Of a stretch of 64,000 nucleotides of DNA, positions 12,176-25,800 are shown in pieces. Below the pieces are notes generated by a model. The model did not search any database. It saw only the letters and a program-made list of their open reading frames with translations, and was not told the DNA's origin. Position 1 is the first letter of the stretch, and each line of letters starts with the position of its first letter. This stretch comes from Ylistrum balloti (taxonomy: Eukaryota). The translations under genes and the position numbers were made by a program. The stretch covers positions 1,364,001 through 1,428,000 of the forward strand of contig NW_026781974.1 in assembly GCF_031769215.1 (NCBI RefSeq), in the 5' to 3' direction.

Positions 12176-15100
12176 CCTTGGCTACTTCTATATATAGTAA
12201 CAGTTATAAGATCTATTTTTGTACATGTAATGTATGTTTCTCTATATAGGACTCAAATATGACAAAAGCAAGGTATTAAAACACTCTTTCAAGGTATAAT
12301 GCATTCTTGAATTTGTATTTATCTAACAATTTATGTGATTAGACTAGGATTTATCCTTTCTGAAATGCTGTACAATCATTCATTTTCATTGGGGATTTAT
12401 TACCAATGCTACTTTGGGACCTCTTCACCCATAACTTCATAAATCTACAAAATGTAAAAATAAATGTTTTAATAGATTCATTTATCTATAACAATCTATA
12501 AAATCATGTGTACACAAAATAGTGATATTTAAAATAAAACCCATGAAATTTTAATCGCACAAAAATATATGAATTTACAGTATGGACACAGACATTCTAA
12601 TCTCTATTTGCTTTCTGAGGTGCTCTGACAAACACTTTTAAGACCTGTTGAACATGAACAGGTCTTTCAAATTATTTTATTGACATTTGGAATAAATCCC
12701 TTTTTCAGTAATCAACCCATCTCTCCACCTTCAGTTAATTGATAGGTTGGTTCCCTTAGGTTTTACATGTTAAACACAGCAATAACTGAACTGTTAAGTT
12801 TTTCTTTCAATTCTCAGAGTAATGTGATTCAATCCTTATTCCAAGTGTTTTATGGTTATGTCATTGATTATGTTTCAAACTTTATTAGTTGATAACCTGC
12901 AACAAAAATTGGCATCATCCCTCAAGGACAAAAACACATGTCACTAAACTCTCTTTCACGCCATGTCGGTCTGTGGCGCATCTTGTTCAAACATGAATCC
13001 TTTCCAGACACAGAAGGAGCAAAGCTTTGCGGTTAATAATAGTATCGATGTAAGAAATCTTACCCAGCAAATTTACTTTTTTACATCTGCAAGATTTACC
13101 AGTATTCATACAGCATTTCCCAGAAGCAAAATAAGGATCTTTCTGGAAGGTCAGTTTACAGACTTGATGCCTGGACAGATCACAACACTCTCTATATTTG
13201 TTTTTAAGTTTAGCAAGTTGAAACTCTCCTGCATTAAAAACCTGTTTTTTTATCCCCAAATTTATTTAGTACTGTTAACATAGTTGTTTTAGTGTTTATC
13301 GTGCATAATGTGCTAAGTTTACTTACTGTATGTAGATTCTATTGTATCATTTGAGAATGCACTGATTCATAATTGCACTAATTTGACACAAAAATGATAA
13401 TGTCCTGCAATTTCAAGTGCCAAATTAATAAGGACATACACATGAAGAGCAGTTTTTTGTTGGTCAGGTAACTCTAAGGTTTTTTTTTTCTTAATTTTCA
13501 ATAAGGAAACTCTCCTGGATGAAAAACTTTGTCTTCATATTTCTGAATTTAATCTGATCAATATATGAATGGCGCATTTGTTTTGTAGTAGGAGCGAAAA
13601 TCTGAAGGGAAAAAAAATTCTGCAAAATTATTAAATGTCATCTGGTCTTCTCTGTCAACTATATTTTCAAGGTATTTATATCTTGTGATCTTAATCAATA
13701 CTGAGATACAGAACCCACTAAAATAACAACCTCTAAAATACATTTTCATTTCAGTAATAATTACCATAACTTTAGTATAAATATAAATATATACATCAAT
13801 ATAAATATAAAGTATAAATAAAGTTATGGTAAGTATTACCTCATGAAAATTGGTTTTACATTAAAAAACCTCAAGTTACCAACCACAACAATACTGAATA
13901 CAAATTTGTTGCCCTCTCCATACAGGCTTGAGAGTCTATCACCATGACAAACTGTGGCCATGTATCGTCGCCATCTCAGAAGAAAAAACTGACCATTGAC
14001 TATTCTGTAACAAGCAAATCATCAGATCACAGACAGCCAACCTAATCATCTGTGACACACTTATCAATATTTCCTCGTCCAGGGAGTGAGGATAATGAAT
14101 TTATATATAGAAATCTTTGTTTAATTAGTCTGTATAGGAAGTAACTTTAATGTCTGTCTTGGTGAAGCTGTCTCATTAAAATGAATTATCCATACAATTT
14201 CTATTACAAGTTCTTTCCCACTGATTAATTCCTTAATTAATGATATGATCTATATCTCTGTGGTTAGGAAACCATAAAAGATGGGTTTTTGTAAAAGTCA
14301 ATAGAGGGACTTGTGTAAATCTAAGATACAGTGATAAGTTTCTGTGTAGTACAACACTCAGCCCTTTATTAATTAAAGATAATATAAGAGATGTTGATTC
14401 TCTCTGAAATATACATAAAATCTAAGTCCATTTTATTAATGACATTTTTTACAAACTTTTGGCTTCATGCATTAATTATCAAGTCAATTATCGTGTCAAA
14501 ACATTATTAATTACTACCATTAATTACCTACTAAAATACTGTGATTACGGGACAGTTAAATTGATAAATGTTTGATGTTAAATGCAACATAAAAGATATA
14601 TTACACACAATAAGCATCAAATATTAATTACAGCAAGTAGTTAATTATAATACCACATTTACATAGATAATTTGATTAAATTAAAGAATTCGGCAAAAAT
14701 ATTATTATTTCTGAAAATTGCTGTTAAGTATTAAACATTTTTTAAAGTGTTTATTGTAACAATATCTTATGCTGCTACACAAAAACAATAGTTGATATCT
14801 CCCATAAGAAAATTTTAAACAGCTGGCAAGTATGTAACAGATAGGCAAAAATAATTAAATATGTCACACCTCAGGAACAGCACATACAATTTATTTTGTT
14901 AATAAAAAGCCTTTTCCTAACATTTCTCATCAAAGTTTTCCAAGATTTAAAATATTTTACAACCTTTTCAAGGCCTGAAAAGATGAGTCCTGTCTTCATT
15001 TAATAATAACAACAAATTAGTATCTGGCAACATGCCAGACATTAATAAGATGACACACAAAAATAAACACCTGCTGTTAGCAGATTCATTACGTAAAGCA

Positions 15101-16499
15101 CAAAACAAGCAAAACATGCAACAGTGATTAAGATTTTAATCAACGATTTGGGATTACACTTCAAAAGGTGGAGAGGAAGATCATACTTAAAAGGATCCAG
15201 AAAAGTGAAGGTGGCTGCAGAGAGTCATTAAACTTTCTGTGAGTAAGATTAGGCCTTGACCTATGGTAACCAGAATCAGATAACAGCTAGGAATGAAGTG
15301 ATGTTGCTGAGCTACCTAATCAGGCAGTTCTCAAGTGGCTACCAGGTTAGCCCCATCAGGTCTAGACTGTTTTCAAATGGACACAATTTGTTTATTGTGT
15401 TTCTCTGCATGAATTGGATACTTGGTGTCAATGGTTACAGGCGCCAGAATGAGGCCAACTGTTGGTATTGAAGACTGCTACTGACAGAGATAATTATTTG
15501 ACTCCGTAAAAGTCAGAAGACTCAGCACCAGAAATACAAGAGCCGCTGCATTGATATAAAAACACAAACTGGTCATCATAAAGACTACAAAATACAAAAT
15601 AAGAAATTTGTTTAGAGAATGTTGTCTCCCAGAGACACATATTGAAATAAAAAAAATATTATAGAGGTGAAAAGGTCAAATACATTAGGATAACTTAGTT
15701 TAATTTTGGCTCAAAAATGTAAACTTCATTAAATTGTATGTTTCAGAAGATCTTGCCAAGTTGAAACATTTGATGAAATAGTGCTGAGGTGTACAAGAAA
15801 TTTAATTGAATTTGTTCTGCATGACAAGTAGCTTTTATTCATGAGAATTACTGCACCAACAGACCACATACGCAGCAGCTGAATCTATTAATCAGAATTT
15901 AATTCTCATAAGCTTGTTGTATAATAGGGCTCTCTGTGATCGCCAATTCCCTACATCCACTTACTACTGAGAGCGACACCTTACATTGGTGAGTAAGCCG
16001 TGACCTTGGACTGACCTTTAGTCTGTGATTCACCATTAAGTTGAATCACACAGCCGCAGTATCTACACAGATATGTCATTATCTACAGGCAGACTGCCAA
16101 CAGTTAAAACACTATACCCTCATAACAACTAAATTTGAAAATATGATCAAAGCATTAGATAGCTAGTTTTGATTCCCTGAAGGTCTTTGGCAAATACATA
16201 TTATGGTCCCACAGTGCCCTGTTACTTAGAGAGTTTTTATCAAAACTGACCATCTATCAGGACGTTTGATTCTACATGTTTTGTAGAAATGTGTGGATTT
16301 TTCAGGTTTATTTTTACATCTCATTCTACTCTACTTTATGTTTTTTTTTTCTTTATCAATTTCATTCAAAGACATGAGATGTAAGAGGGATTTTTGTATC
16401 CACTATTGTTTTTTTATTATCATTTGTTCTTTTAAAAGTTGGATCTTTTCCCCTTTCTCTTCTTCCCTCTTTTTTCTTAGTGTATGAAATGTGAAAAAT

Positions 16500-16760
16500 C
16501 CTTTTTAAAAAATACGAATGATAATCCTTAGTGCCAAATCAAAGACACCGACTGTCAGCCATTTAGTTTTCTTAGTCACAAAATGAAACGGGTACAACAA
16601 CGGACCAAGAGGAATAAACATACAAATGAAATTTGAAAATTATCCAAACAGTACTTCTCCAGAAATAGTGGTAACAAAGTATTACTGTGAAAATCAAAGA
16701 TGGCAATGCTGTTTTTGAAAAAGTCCCAAAATGGGACAAAGCATAACTAGGGACAAGACG
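16500..16760 (+). mobile_element. Dispersed repeat copy (CAAGATGGC / GTCAGCCATTTAGTT / AAATTTGAGAAAGATCC family)
   Basis: Shares TGTCAGCCATTTAGTTT and GGACCAAGAGGAA with 63840-63950; related motifs at 22780-23100 and 38340-38600. Confidence 0.65.
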
Positions 16761-17174
16761 AAAATAAAAAATTTGGAATTAATCCAACATGTACTCCTCC
16801 AGCAAAAGTGATAAAAAGAAAGGATGAAGGACTAATAAATAGACGATGAGAGATGAACTATGGATGAAGGACGATTTGAATAGCCCACAAACTGATGATG
16901 GTTGGCTAAAAATGGTCAAAGCAGTTAATATATGAAATGATCTACATAACGTTATAATCATATTCTGATACGAAAGTCACAAGGCTTCAGAAGTGGCTAT
17001 CACATCATCACAACACATATAAATATGTTCATCGACATGATAATATTTATAGATACAAATCAACTGTGAATATTTTCCTTTGATAAAGTTTGGATGCCAA
17101 CCAATAACCTGATCGCTGCTCTGAAATGTCTCGGAACATGATCATAGGTGTTATTTATTAACTCATAATCTTAC

Positions 17175-17210
17175 ATATCTTTTGAATCATTTCCACCGAA
17201 AAAACATCAC
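17175..17210 (-). CDS. Candidate 36-nt exon (G-DVFSVEMIQKI), phase 1/1
   Basis: Acceptor GATGTTTTTTGCAG|, donor AT|GTAAGA. Only the phase-1 frame is open, matching the donor at 17456 across a 245-nt intron. Confidence 0.35.
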
Positions 17211-17455
17211 CTGCAAAAAACATCAAATGATGTTTATTCCTGACAGTGTGAGCCACTCGGGTAAAGTTTACGGTGTACAAAGCGCTTGATTGGGGCAATT
17301 ACCATGTTCACACCGTAACAAGCCCTACAGGTAGCAGAAGATGTGCCAAAATTACACTTCATTAATGGCAGGAACACCTGATTTTCACTTTGATACAGTG
17401 TTAATATAACATCAGAAAATCTTATCTCTAGTTATGAAGAGATGTACTATCTTAC

Positions 17456-17504
17456 CATTCTTGACCTGTGGCTCCTCCTGGTGTTCAAACTTGGCAACAA
17501 ACAT
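17456..17504 (-). CDS. Candidate alternative first coding exon (MFVAKFEHQEEPQVKN+G), phase 1
   Basis: ATG with A at -3, 16 codons + 1 nt, donor ATG|GTAAGA; frame-compatible with 17175-17210. Confidence 0.35.
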
Positions 17505-20069
17505 CGTTATATCAAAGCGTAACAGATCAAGTCAGTTAGAGTGTATTTTTGAAGTTTTTACATCTTTCAAAATTTTTTTGTTCATAAATAAGAAAATGCA
17601 AATGGATTGCTATATCTTGTTCCAGCCGATTTTTTCTTTCTTTCTTTTTTGCATTTCTTTTTTTTTTCTTTTGTAAAACTTTATGCATGTTTTAAATAAG
17701 GGAAGTGGAGCAAGTGAAAGTATCTTTAAGACATGAAGTGATGAACCAATTAAGTATTTTATATGTTTTATTAACTCTGGCAGATTTCCTGCAGTAAAGT
17801 CCACAGTTATACTACCTACAATAAAGAAAAATGAAATTCTGGGATAGCTGCTACACTTTCCTGTCCTGCTCTCTAAGGACTTAATAGTGGATAAGTAATA
17901 TGTACCTGCCATCTATCAAAATCTACCAGACAACAGACAGCAACAAAATACACTACATCTATGTATCATTGCATTATCTAGGTAACGCTAAATCTGCTGT
18001 GTTTCTGGAAACAAGGCTAAGATTAAAAGTAACCTTCAGGAGTCATTTGCATTCCAAAATATCTAATTCTCATTTTTGAACAAATTTTTAATTTTGAGGC
18101 ATCTCTTCCTTATACAAGGGACAATCCATTGGATTTAAATATGAATCTTAGAATACTTCATTATTTCTATTTTTGAGGGCTTTGCAAGCACGGTCAAAAA
18201 CAACATAATCCACCTCATTGTATAGGTAATATCCATTGCAGATTTTAAATATACAAAGTACACCAAAAATAACAATGCTCCTTAAAATGAGAAAACAATT
18301 CTATTGGTGATGATAAACAAAGGGCTGTTGGAAATATAACTGTCAGATATAATGTGCCTCAGATAAAGGGCGAGTTAAAAAAATGGCCGTAATTACTTCC
18401 ATACTGACATCAATTAAGCCAGAATACACTAATTATAGAACATATTGAGATAATCCTGTACATTGTGTGGTCTTCTTCATAGACACCAGACCCCGCAAAT
18501 CAGGCATACCACTATCTTAAATACCATCACAAATCTGCATCTGTTTCCCTGACAACATCAGGTTTTTTTTATTTCACCTTTAAAACCCTCAGGTGTCCAT
18601 CAAACTGTATTTCCTTATTTGGAATTTTCCCACATCAATAGTGACAACAAATGCTTGATAATGGCACAAAAAACAGATCTTTCTCACTGTTTAGTAATGG
18701 TTCTTAAGTTGCAATTTATCCATAATATGACTTGTACATCTGCCTGTGGGTGTAACTTAACCATGAAAATTAAACATGCTCCAAATTCAGCTATATACTT
18801 GATGAATTTTTACAATATTTCATTCAAAATTCAACAATACAACACATACATATAATATGTATGGTCTTAGAGCTGATATTAATTCCATTCCCAAATGCAT
18901 ATAAAAGGAAATGAATGTTCGGAGCTGGAAACACCTTACTCGCATGAAATGAACAATAATAAAGTTTAACAATTAACATATATATATTGGTAAACCAGGA
19001 TGCCTAAATATCTTTATATTATTATTTTTTATGAAAATTTAAACCAAAAGAAAATATAATACTATCTATACATACATTCATTTATAGCATGCTTTGAATG
19101 TCGCACACTTTTATTTCATATCTACAAAATAATAACAGGTTCATGTCTTTTATAAAATTTTGTCATTCTTTTGTGCTAGAAAGTGAAGAAAATCTAGAAG
19201 TGAGACCACCAACCCCGTGGGTCTGATGGAATGTGGCAGTCTTATGCTTTAGTGTATAGATATTGATTACTGCTTCCTGTTGTTCCAGCAATGTAAACAC
19301 ATAGAGAAATCAATATGATAAAAGTATCCCCACATCCATAAGGGGCTCCATCACAGATCTACAAATCTCCCACTAAAAGTATATTCAAATGAATTTCTTT
19401 ACCTTTTGATGCTAGATAAGTACACGAGAGGAAAACAAGAGGCTTTCATTACTTATAACAGAAGCAATTGTATAAGGAAATTCCCTGGTTTTTATTTTTG
19501 TTTAACTTCACATGCTGAAGTTTACTGTCATTTACTGTCAACTGTTTTTTTTCATTTGGCAGTGGATGGTTTATACTTAGCAACAGATGTGTAGGGTTTA
19601 TGATATTCTTATACAGAAGGTCACCTACTTGCTGGTGACATGAACATTTCAACCATACTGTTTCTAGACTCAAGTCCAACCTCAGAACATATAAATAACT
19701 TCTAATTGTGTAACAAGTAAATATGCTATATTTGTGGTCAAAATGTTTTTCTCTCCTTTGGCAAAGAGGCAAACAAACTCCATGTGCAAGAAAAATGTGT
19801 GGATGAAATGAACCCTGCAATGATCAATTAAATGATTTTATCTGCTACATTTTCCTCAAAACTACTGCACAAACATTGACTGATTTCAAAATCATAAGCA
19901 AAAAGGAATAGAGGATTGTGTAAAAAAACATCAGTTTTCTAATGAAGTGAAGTCTACCTATTGACTACAATAGACGAATCCACATTCACTACAGCCAAGA
20001 GTTATCCCCCTTCCTGTCAAACAGTAAATCTGACACCATGAGTATTACAGTAAGACTACAAATTCTCAC

Positions 20070-20102
20070 CTGTAAAACACGTTCCATAAATGGAGATACC
20101 AT
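20070..20102 (-). CDS. SCHIP1: Candidate short alternative first exon (MVSPFMERVLQ), SCHIP1a-like, phase 0
   Basis: Good Kozak context (GTAATGG), in-frame stop upstream, donor CAG|GTGAGA, same phase as the large exon. Lies where vertebrate SCHIP1a has its short first exon (recalled as MVHQENCSYQ; verify). Confidence 0.5.
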
Positions 20103-20460
20103 TACATCCTGTCTCTTTTCCTGATTTAATCCATGCTACCCAGTCACTATCCCATCAAAGACAGTTGTCCCTATAGATCTGCCCTAGATTGTACTTCTCA
20201 CCAGTAATGGGCAGTGATACATAAATAGCTCGCTCTCCCCCCTATTAGGCTGCCTACAATCTGTTTATGACTATACAGAGACAAGGCCCCTCCATTACCA
20301 GGCGGCAGGGCTGATCCACTTTCCTCCTGATTATCTATATATTGGGTTTACTTCATTAGTCTCGGAATTACTCCCAATCAGCAACAGCACTAGTCCCGCA
20401 GAGGAAAGACCCATGCACAAATCAGTTTATATACCCGGTGGATATATGAATTCCTATCTG
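20103..20460 (-). promoter_or_regulatory. Possible internal promoter/5' UTR for the 20070-20102 exon
   Basis: Unique, GC-richer stretch with TATA-like TATTTAT near 20220, a G-rich box (GGGGGAGAGCG) and a CCAAT near 20375. Motif-level evidence only. Confidence 0.25.
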
Positions 20461-21551
20461 GTGATATTTTCTTGTGTATTTTAATGATATAATAGAAAAG
20501 TTGTGTTCAGTCCTTGTTTGATCACTGAGAATCAACAATATAACCTTAGACATTGTCTACAGGGTCTGGTATAGTGAAGCTGTAAATCTTAATCTATTCC
20601 CATTGATCTTCAATTAGAAAATACATCAATGTCCCAACCCATTTATATTGATAGAGATCACACAGAGATATAGGTCTTAAGGTGCTTTAATGTGACAAAG
20701 GTGGAGTCAATTAGAGAGGCATGTAGCTGTAATAGAGACAGGCCCAACAATTACTAGTATATGTTGAGAAATCTCATTGATCAATCAATACAGGGTTACC
20801 TCCCTTTCTATAACCCACAAGTAAAATGCAATAACACCAAAAAAAAGAATAATTTGAAATACCATGCACATGACTAACAAAACTTACATTTCCGTAATCC
20901 AATTTTCCACTCTTAATATTTTGTAATAAATTTTCACACAGTGGACACCTGAACATGTTTAATGTAATATGTTTGACCTGTTCTAGACAAAAAATCTAAA
21001 ATGGTTAACATAACAACCACATTGATTGATTAATATGTCATAAGGATGGGCTGCTAGTCATTTTTATAGATCAATGGCTATATGCCAGAAGACCGGATCT
21101 CTCTTTAGGAAACTGTGGGTGTTGATGTGCTGACGCAACATCCCATGTCTGAATCCATATATTGATTGAAGTTGTAGAAAATAGAGCTCCTGATATCATG
21201 TTTTAATTTCTGCCACTATGTAATCAGTGCTATACTGCATTCAAGTTTTCTGGGTATTATCAGAGCAGCAAGAGTTCTTTCCCCTAACATTGGTATTAGA
21301 ACTTGGTAAAGTTGCAAGAGTTACCTCCCCTGAAAGTAATAATTTTGGTGAACATGATGTATGTAACCTACATAACCTACATCAAATTTTTGTTTGTTTT
21401 TTTTAAGGACATTATTAATCTGGAAATAAAGCAATGTAGAAGACCTTCATTATCGCCAAAACAGAATTATTGTCTGAATGCTGTGATTAGAACACTCATC
21501 AAGATATTTGAATTGAAGATGTAATGAAAAATGAAAGTAGTAGGAACTTAC

Positions 21552-22677
21552 CAGTGGTTTCTGTTCTGGTTGCTGCTCCCTTACTGGCTGGTGCTGCTGT
21601 AAAGATTGCTGAAGGGTAACCTGCTCCAACTGCTGACCAAGTATTTCCCAGTTCATCTGTGGTAAAGCAGTTTCTATATTATACACATCAAAATCACCTT
21701 CACTTTCGTCATTGTTGGAGTTATCTCCCCTGTCAGTCACATCTAAATTATCTCCTCCATTGCTATTCTCCTGTTCCAGGTCCCTACTGCGTTTTGCAAC
21801 TCTACCTCTGAAAAAAGTTTCTGTTGTGGATATATTTGGTGGCAGATTATCGTTAGAGTTATTTGACCGACTTGTTGCAGTTGTCAATGGCCGGCTATCC
21901 CCTTCATTGCCATTGTTTATATTGCTATTTAGATCTTTGGACATGAGATTGTTCACCCCATTGTTGAGTTGCACAAATGAGTCTGAGGGTTCACTGGGAG
22001 TATTCATTTCTGAAGAGAGTTGTGATGTTGGAGCAGAACTAGTGTCACTGCAAGAACTCTCAGAAAACTGTTGACCTTTATGGAGGTCAAATGGTAATAT
22101 ATCACAATTTACTTTTTTCAATTCTGCAAATTCTTGGGCAATGCTTAAAAAGTTCAGTTTTCTGATTCGTCTGCTAAACTCCTCATCAGATTCAAACGGT
22201 TTTCTTACCACTTTGCTGGACGTGTTTCTGGAAGATTGTGGAATGTTGCCTTCTGCTAACTGTTGACGCTCTACAATAGTTACTTCACTGTCAGCTAGGT
22301 CCTTTAGAGGAGCAGAAAACTCCGAATAATCTGATGACAGCGAATCACTATCGTGTTCATACCGAACTTTGTTAACAAGTCTGTGTGCAGGGGAGGTAAA
22401 CAGTGGTCCAGGGGAATACTCTTTATCCTCGGAGGAACTACGTTTTTCCTCTGATGACTCACGCTTATCCAGACCCTCTGCATGAGCCACATTCTCCAGG
22501 ACAACTTTGATATCCTCACTCCGCGACAAAGAGTCCGGGTTTGTCTGGGTCATCATCTGTTTCTCACTTCCATCATGTAATATTTTAAGTTCCTCAAGCT
22601 CTTCAGCACAATTTTCATCCGAATCACTATCAGCCAAATGTTTTCTTTTAGAGTAGGATCGCCATGCTCTTTGTATA
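21552..22677 (-). CDS. SCHIP1: Large coding exon of an IQCJ-SCHIP1-like gene (IQ motif core plus acidic Ser-rich SCHIP1 N-terminal region)
   Basis: Acceptor TTTTCTTGTACTTTTAG|T, donor CTG|GTAAGT, 1126 nt (phase 2 in, phase 0 out), fully open. Begins IQRAWRSYSKRK (IQ motif). Contains RIRKLNFLSIAQEFAELKK and DFDVYNIETALPQMNWEILGQQL, resembling the SCHIP1 MDWEALEKHL motif. The supplied ORF 21450-22637 starts at an internal TTG and runs into the intron. Confidence 0.85.
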
Positions 22678-22749
22678 CTAAAAGTACAAGAAAATAACCA
22701 ATTAAATTAGATAGTGATACTCTTCTGGACCCATGATGACCACGGGAAA

Positions 22750-23110
22750 ACGAAAATTCAGAGATCAAAGAGGGGAACTTACATATGAAATTTGAGAGAA
22801 ATCAATTCAGTGCTTCTAAAGAAATAGCATTAACAAACTTTACTAGGTGAAATTCAAGATGGCCAACTTTAGCCCATTTTGTTTTTCTGATCAGTCCCAA
22901 AATCAAAGACATAACTAGGGACAAAGGGAAACCTACACACATGAAACTAGTGATCTATTCACTAGATCTCAATAAATAATGATAACAAACTTTCAAAGTG
23001 AAAATCCAAGATGGCTGTCTGTTAGTGATTTTGTTTTTCTGATCCGTTCCAAAATCGAAAGAGTACAACCAGGTACCATGGGGAACCTAAATATGAAGTA
23101 ATGTAGCAGA
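22750..23110 (+). mobile_element. Dispersed repeat copy (AAATCCAAGATGGC family), two internal units
   Basis: CAAGATGGCC..GACATAACTAGGG..ACATGAAA motifs shared with 16500, 38340 and 63700. Confidence 0.65.
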
Positions 23111-23299
23111 TCCAGTAATTTTACCAATCAAGAGATGAAACCGCCAGCTAGAGCATCATCACTTCATAACGCAGTGTGACTAGTTACAACTATGGTCTCA
23201 TGATTACAATGACCAAATATGTGATTGTCTTCAGAGGCAGACTTGTGGAGGAGTGAGTAGTTCATCTGGGCTAATATTAGCCACAGCTAGTGAGAGTTT

Positions 23300-23400
23300 T
23301 CTTTTAAGAAAGCGGTAGAATGTCTGACTTATGATCCAAACAGTCACTTGTTCGAATCCCCAGCAGGTGCTGTGTATTTTTCATGACTCCTTCCTATTAC
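23300..23400 (+). mobile_element. tRNA-derived SINE-like fragment
   Basis: A-box-like AGCGGTAGAATG and B-box GTTCGAATCCC; no complete cloverleaf. Confidence 0.5.
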
Positions 23401-23569
23401 AAAACTATAAAGCCAAATGTGGCGAGCTCCATCTCCAGCCAATGAAGGCATTGAAATGAAGAGTAACTTCTGTTACAAATATTTTGACTTTCTTTATCAT
23501 TATACCTATCTCAATATTCCTACATATTTGTTTATCTCTTTTGTAGAATAGAATGGATGTACATGGAAA

Positions 23570-23665
23570 AAACAAACATATACTGCATTGTTTTAAAGTT
23601 TGTTTCTAACAAACATATACTGTATTGTTTTAAAGTTTGTTTCTAACAAACATATACTGTATTAT
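23570..23665. repeat. Tandem repeat, about 37 bp (AACAAACATATACTGTATTGTTTTAAAGTTTGTTTCT), 2.5 copies
   Basis: Directly visible. Confidence 0.85.
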
Positions 23666-23959
23666 TTTAAAGTCTGTTTCTCCACTAGAGTAATATCCCT
23701 TGCCATATCTTCTCTGTTTGAGTCAATCATTGATATCCGAGTCAGAATAAGATCAGCTGACCAACACAGAATCTTTGATAACACATTATCTGTTTACAAT
23801 CAGCTAAACCTGTACACGTAATTAACCTGATTAAAATAGACTACCAGTGTAAAAGTACCACTAGTTATAGACAAATCAACAGGTCTAACATGCTGTTTTA
23901 ATCTTGGGTATCACTTCAAAAATCATAATATTGTTAAATCAATCAAACATTCATCATAA

Positions 23960-24430
23960 GCTGACAGGAACTTGTTAGAAATCTTTTATCAGTCAAGAAC
24001 TGATAGGGAACTTATATGAAACCATTTGTCTACCATAAGCTGATGGGGACTTGTTAGAAACCATTTGTCTACTATAAGCTGATGGGAACTTGTAAAAAAC
24101 CATTTGTCTACTATAAGCTGATGGGGAACTCGTTAGAAACCATTTGTCTACCATAAGCTGATGGGGAACTTGTAAGAAACCATTTGTCTACCATAAGCTG
24201 ATTGGCAACTTGTAAGAAACTTTTTGTCTACCATAAGCTTATGGGAACTTGTTAGAAACCATTTGTCTACCATAAGCTGATTGGCAACTTGTAAGAAACT
24301 TTTTGTCTACCATAAGCTTATGGGAACTTGTTAGAAACCATTTGTCTACCATAAGCTGATGGGGAACTTGTAAGAAACCATTTATCAACCATTAGCTGAC
24401 ATGAAACTTACAAGAAACCATAAGCTGATA
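23960..24430. repeat. Minisatellite, 39-40-bp unit AACCATTTGTCTACCATAAGCTGATGGGGAACTTGTTAGA, about 11 copies
   Basis: Directly visible. Confidence 0.95.
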
Positions 24431-24604
24431 ATACACAACTAATTTTGGTAAGGACATAGCAGAGCAATCCCAAAAGTAACGATGCTATTATAGCTTCCTT
24501 AAATCATAAATTTTCATTTCAAGGTCAAATAATGACCAACCACCGACAGTCATGTAAAACATTTTCAAAACTCATTAATATTATCTAGTTGTCACAACAC
24601 ACCT

Positions 24605-24812
24605 ATATCATAAAGGATTATCTTGTTACCACAATATAACTGTCTAAAAGGATTATCTAGTTACCACAATATGGCTGTCAAAAAGGATTATCTAGTTACC
24701 ACAAGATAACTGTCAAAAAGGATTATCTAGTTACCACAATATAACTGTCATAATGGATTATCTAGTTACCACAATATAACTGTCATAATGGATTATCTAG
24801 TTACCACAACAT
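24605..24812. repeat. Minisatellite, 35-bp unit GGATTATCTAGTTACCACAATATAACTGTCA(A/T)AA, about 6 copies
   Basis: Period 35 at 24650/24685/24720/24755. Confidence 0.95.
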
Positions 24813-25800
24813 ATCTATATATATCACTATACCTATAAATTACACCAATGTTTACCTACCTACAACTTATATACCTACCCACTGTCCACTCATCATATCT
24901 ATCTATCTATATATATATCACTATACCTATAACCTACACCAATGTTTACCTACCCACAACTTATATACCTACCCACTGTCCACTCATCATATCTATCTAT
25001 ATATACCTATAACCTACACCAATGTTTACCTACCTACAACTTATATACCTACCCACTGTCCACTCATCATATCTATCTATATATACCTATAACCTACACC
25101 AATGTTTACCTACCTACAACTTATATATACCCACTGTCCAAATCATATCTATCTATATATACCTATAACCTACACCAATGTTTACCTACCTACAACTTAT
25201 ATACCTACCCACTGTCCACTCATCATATCTATCTATATATACCTATAAATTACACCAATGTTTACCTACCTACAACTTATATACCTACCCACTGTCCACT
25301 CATCATATCTATCTATATATATATCACTATACCTATAACCTACACCAATGTTTACCTACCTACAACTTATATACCTACCCACTGTCCACTCATCATATCT
25401 ATCTATATATACCTATAACCTACATCAATGTTTACCTACCTACAACTTATATACCTACCCACTGTCCACTCATCATATCTATATATATATACCTATAACC
25501 TACACCAATGTTTACCTACCTACAACTTATATACCTACCCACTGTCCACTCATCATATCTATCTATATATACCTATAACCTACACCAATGTTTACCTACC
25601 TACAACTTATATACCTACCCACTGTCCACTCATCATATCTATCTATATATACCTATAACCTACATCAATGTTTACCTACCTACAACTTATATACCTACCC
25701 ACTGTCCACTCATCATATCTATCTATATATACCTATAACCTACACCAATGTTTACCTACCTACAACTTATATACCTACCCACTGTCCACTCATCATATCT
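24812..25800. repeat. Minisatellite, 80-bp G-poor unit (..ACCTACACCAATGTTTACCTACCTACAACTTATATACCTACCCACTGTCCACTCATCATATCT..), about 12 copies
   Basis: ORF starts recur every 80 bp (25348, 25428, 25508, 25588). Confidence 0.95.

Noticed and set aside
12963-13283. Overlapping plus and minus ORFs of 90-106 aa
   Set aside because: No recognisable domain, and no splice sites consistent with the gene; expected by chance.
1-21551. SCHIP1 C-terminal exons (EEIRRKLA / MNLQICF / LQVIVNDL-type motifs)
   Set aside because: Searched by eye on the minus strand and not found; probably outside the window. A TBLASTN would settle this.
21450-22637. ORF-track start MADSDSD and tail VSSYYFHF..
   Set aside because: The start is an internal TTG (Leu) and the tail is intron after CTG|GTAAGT; true exon limits are 22677-21552.
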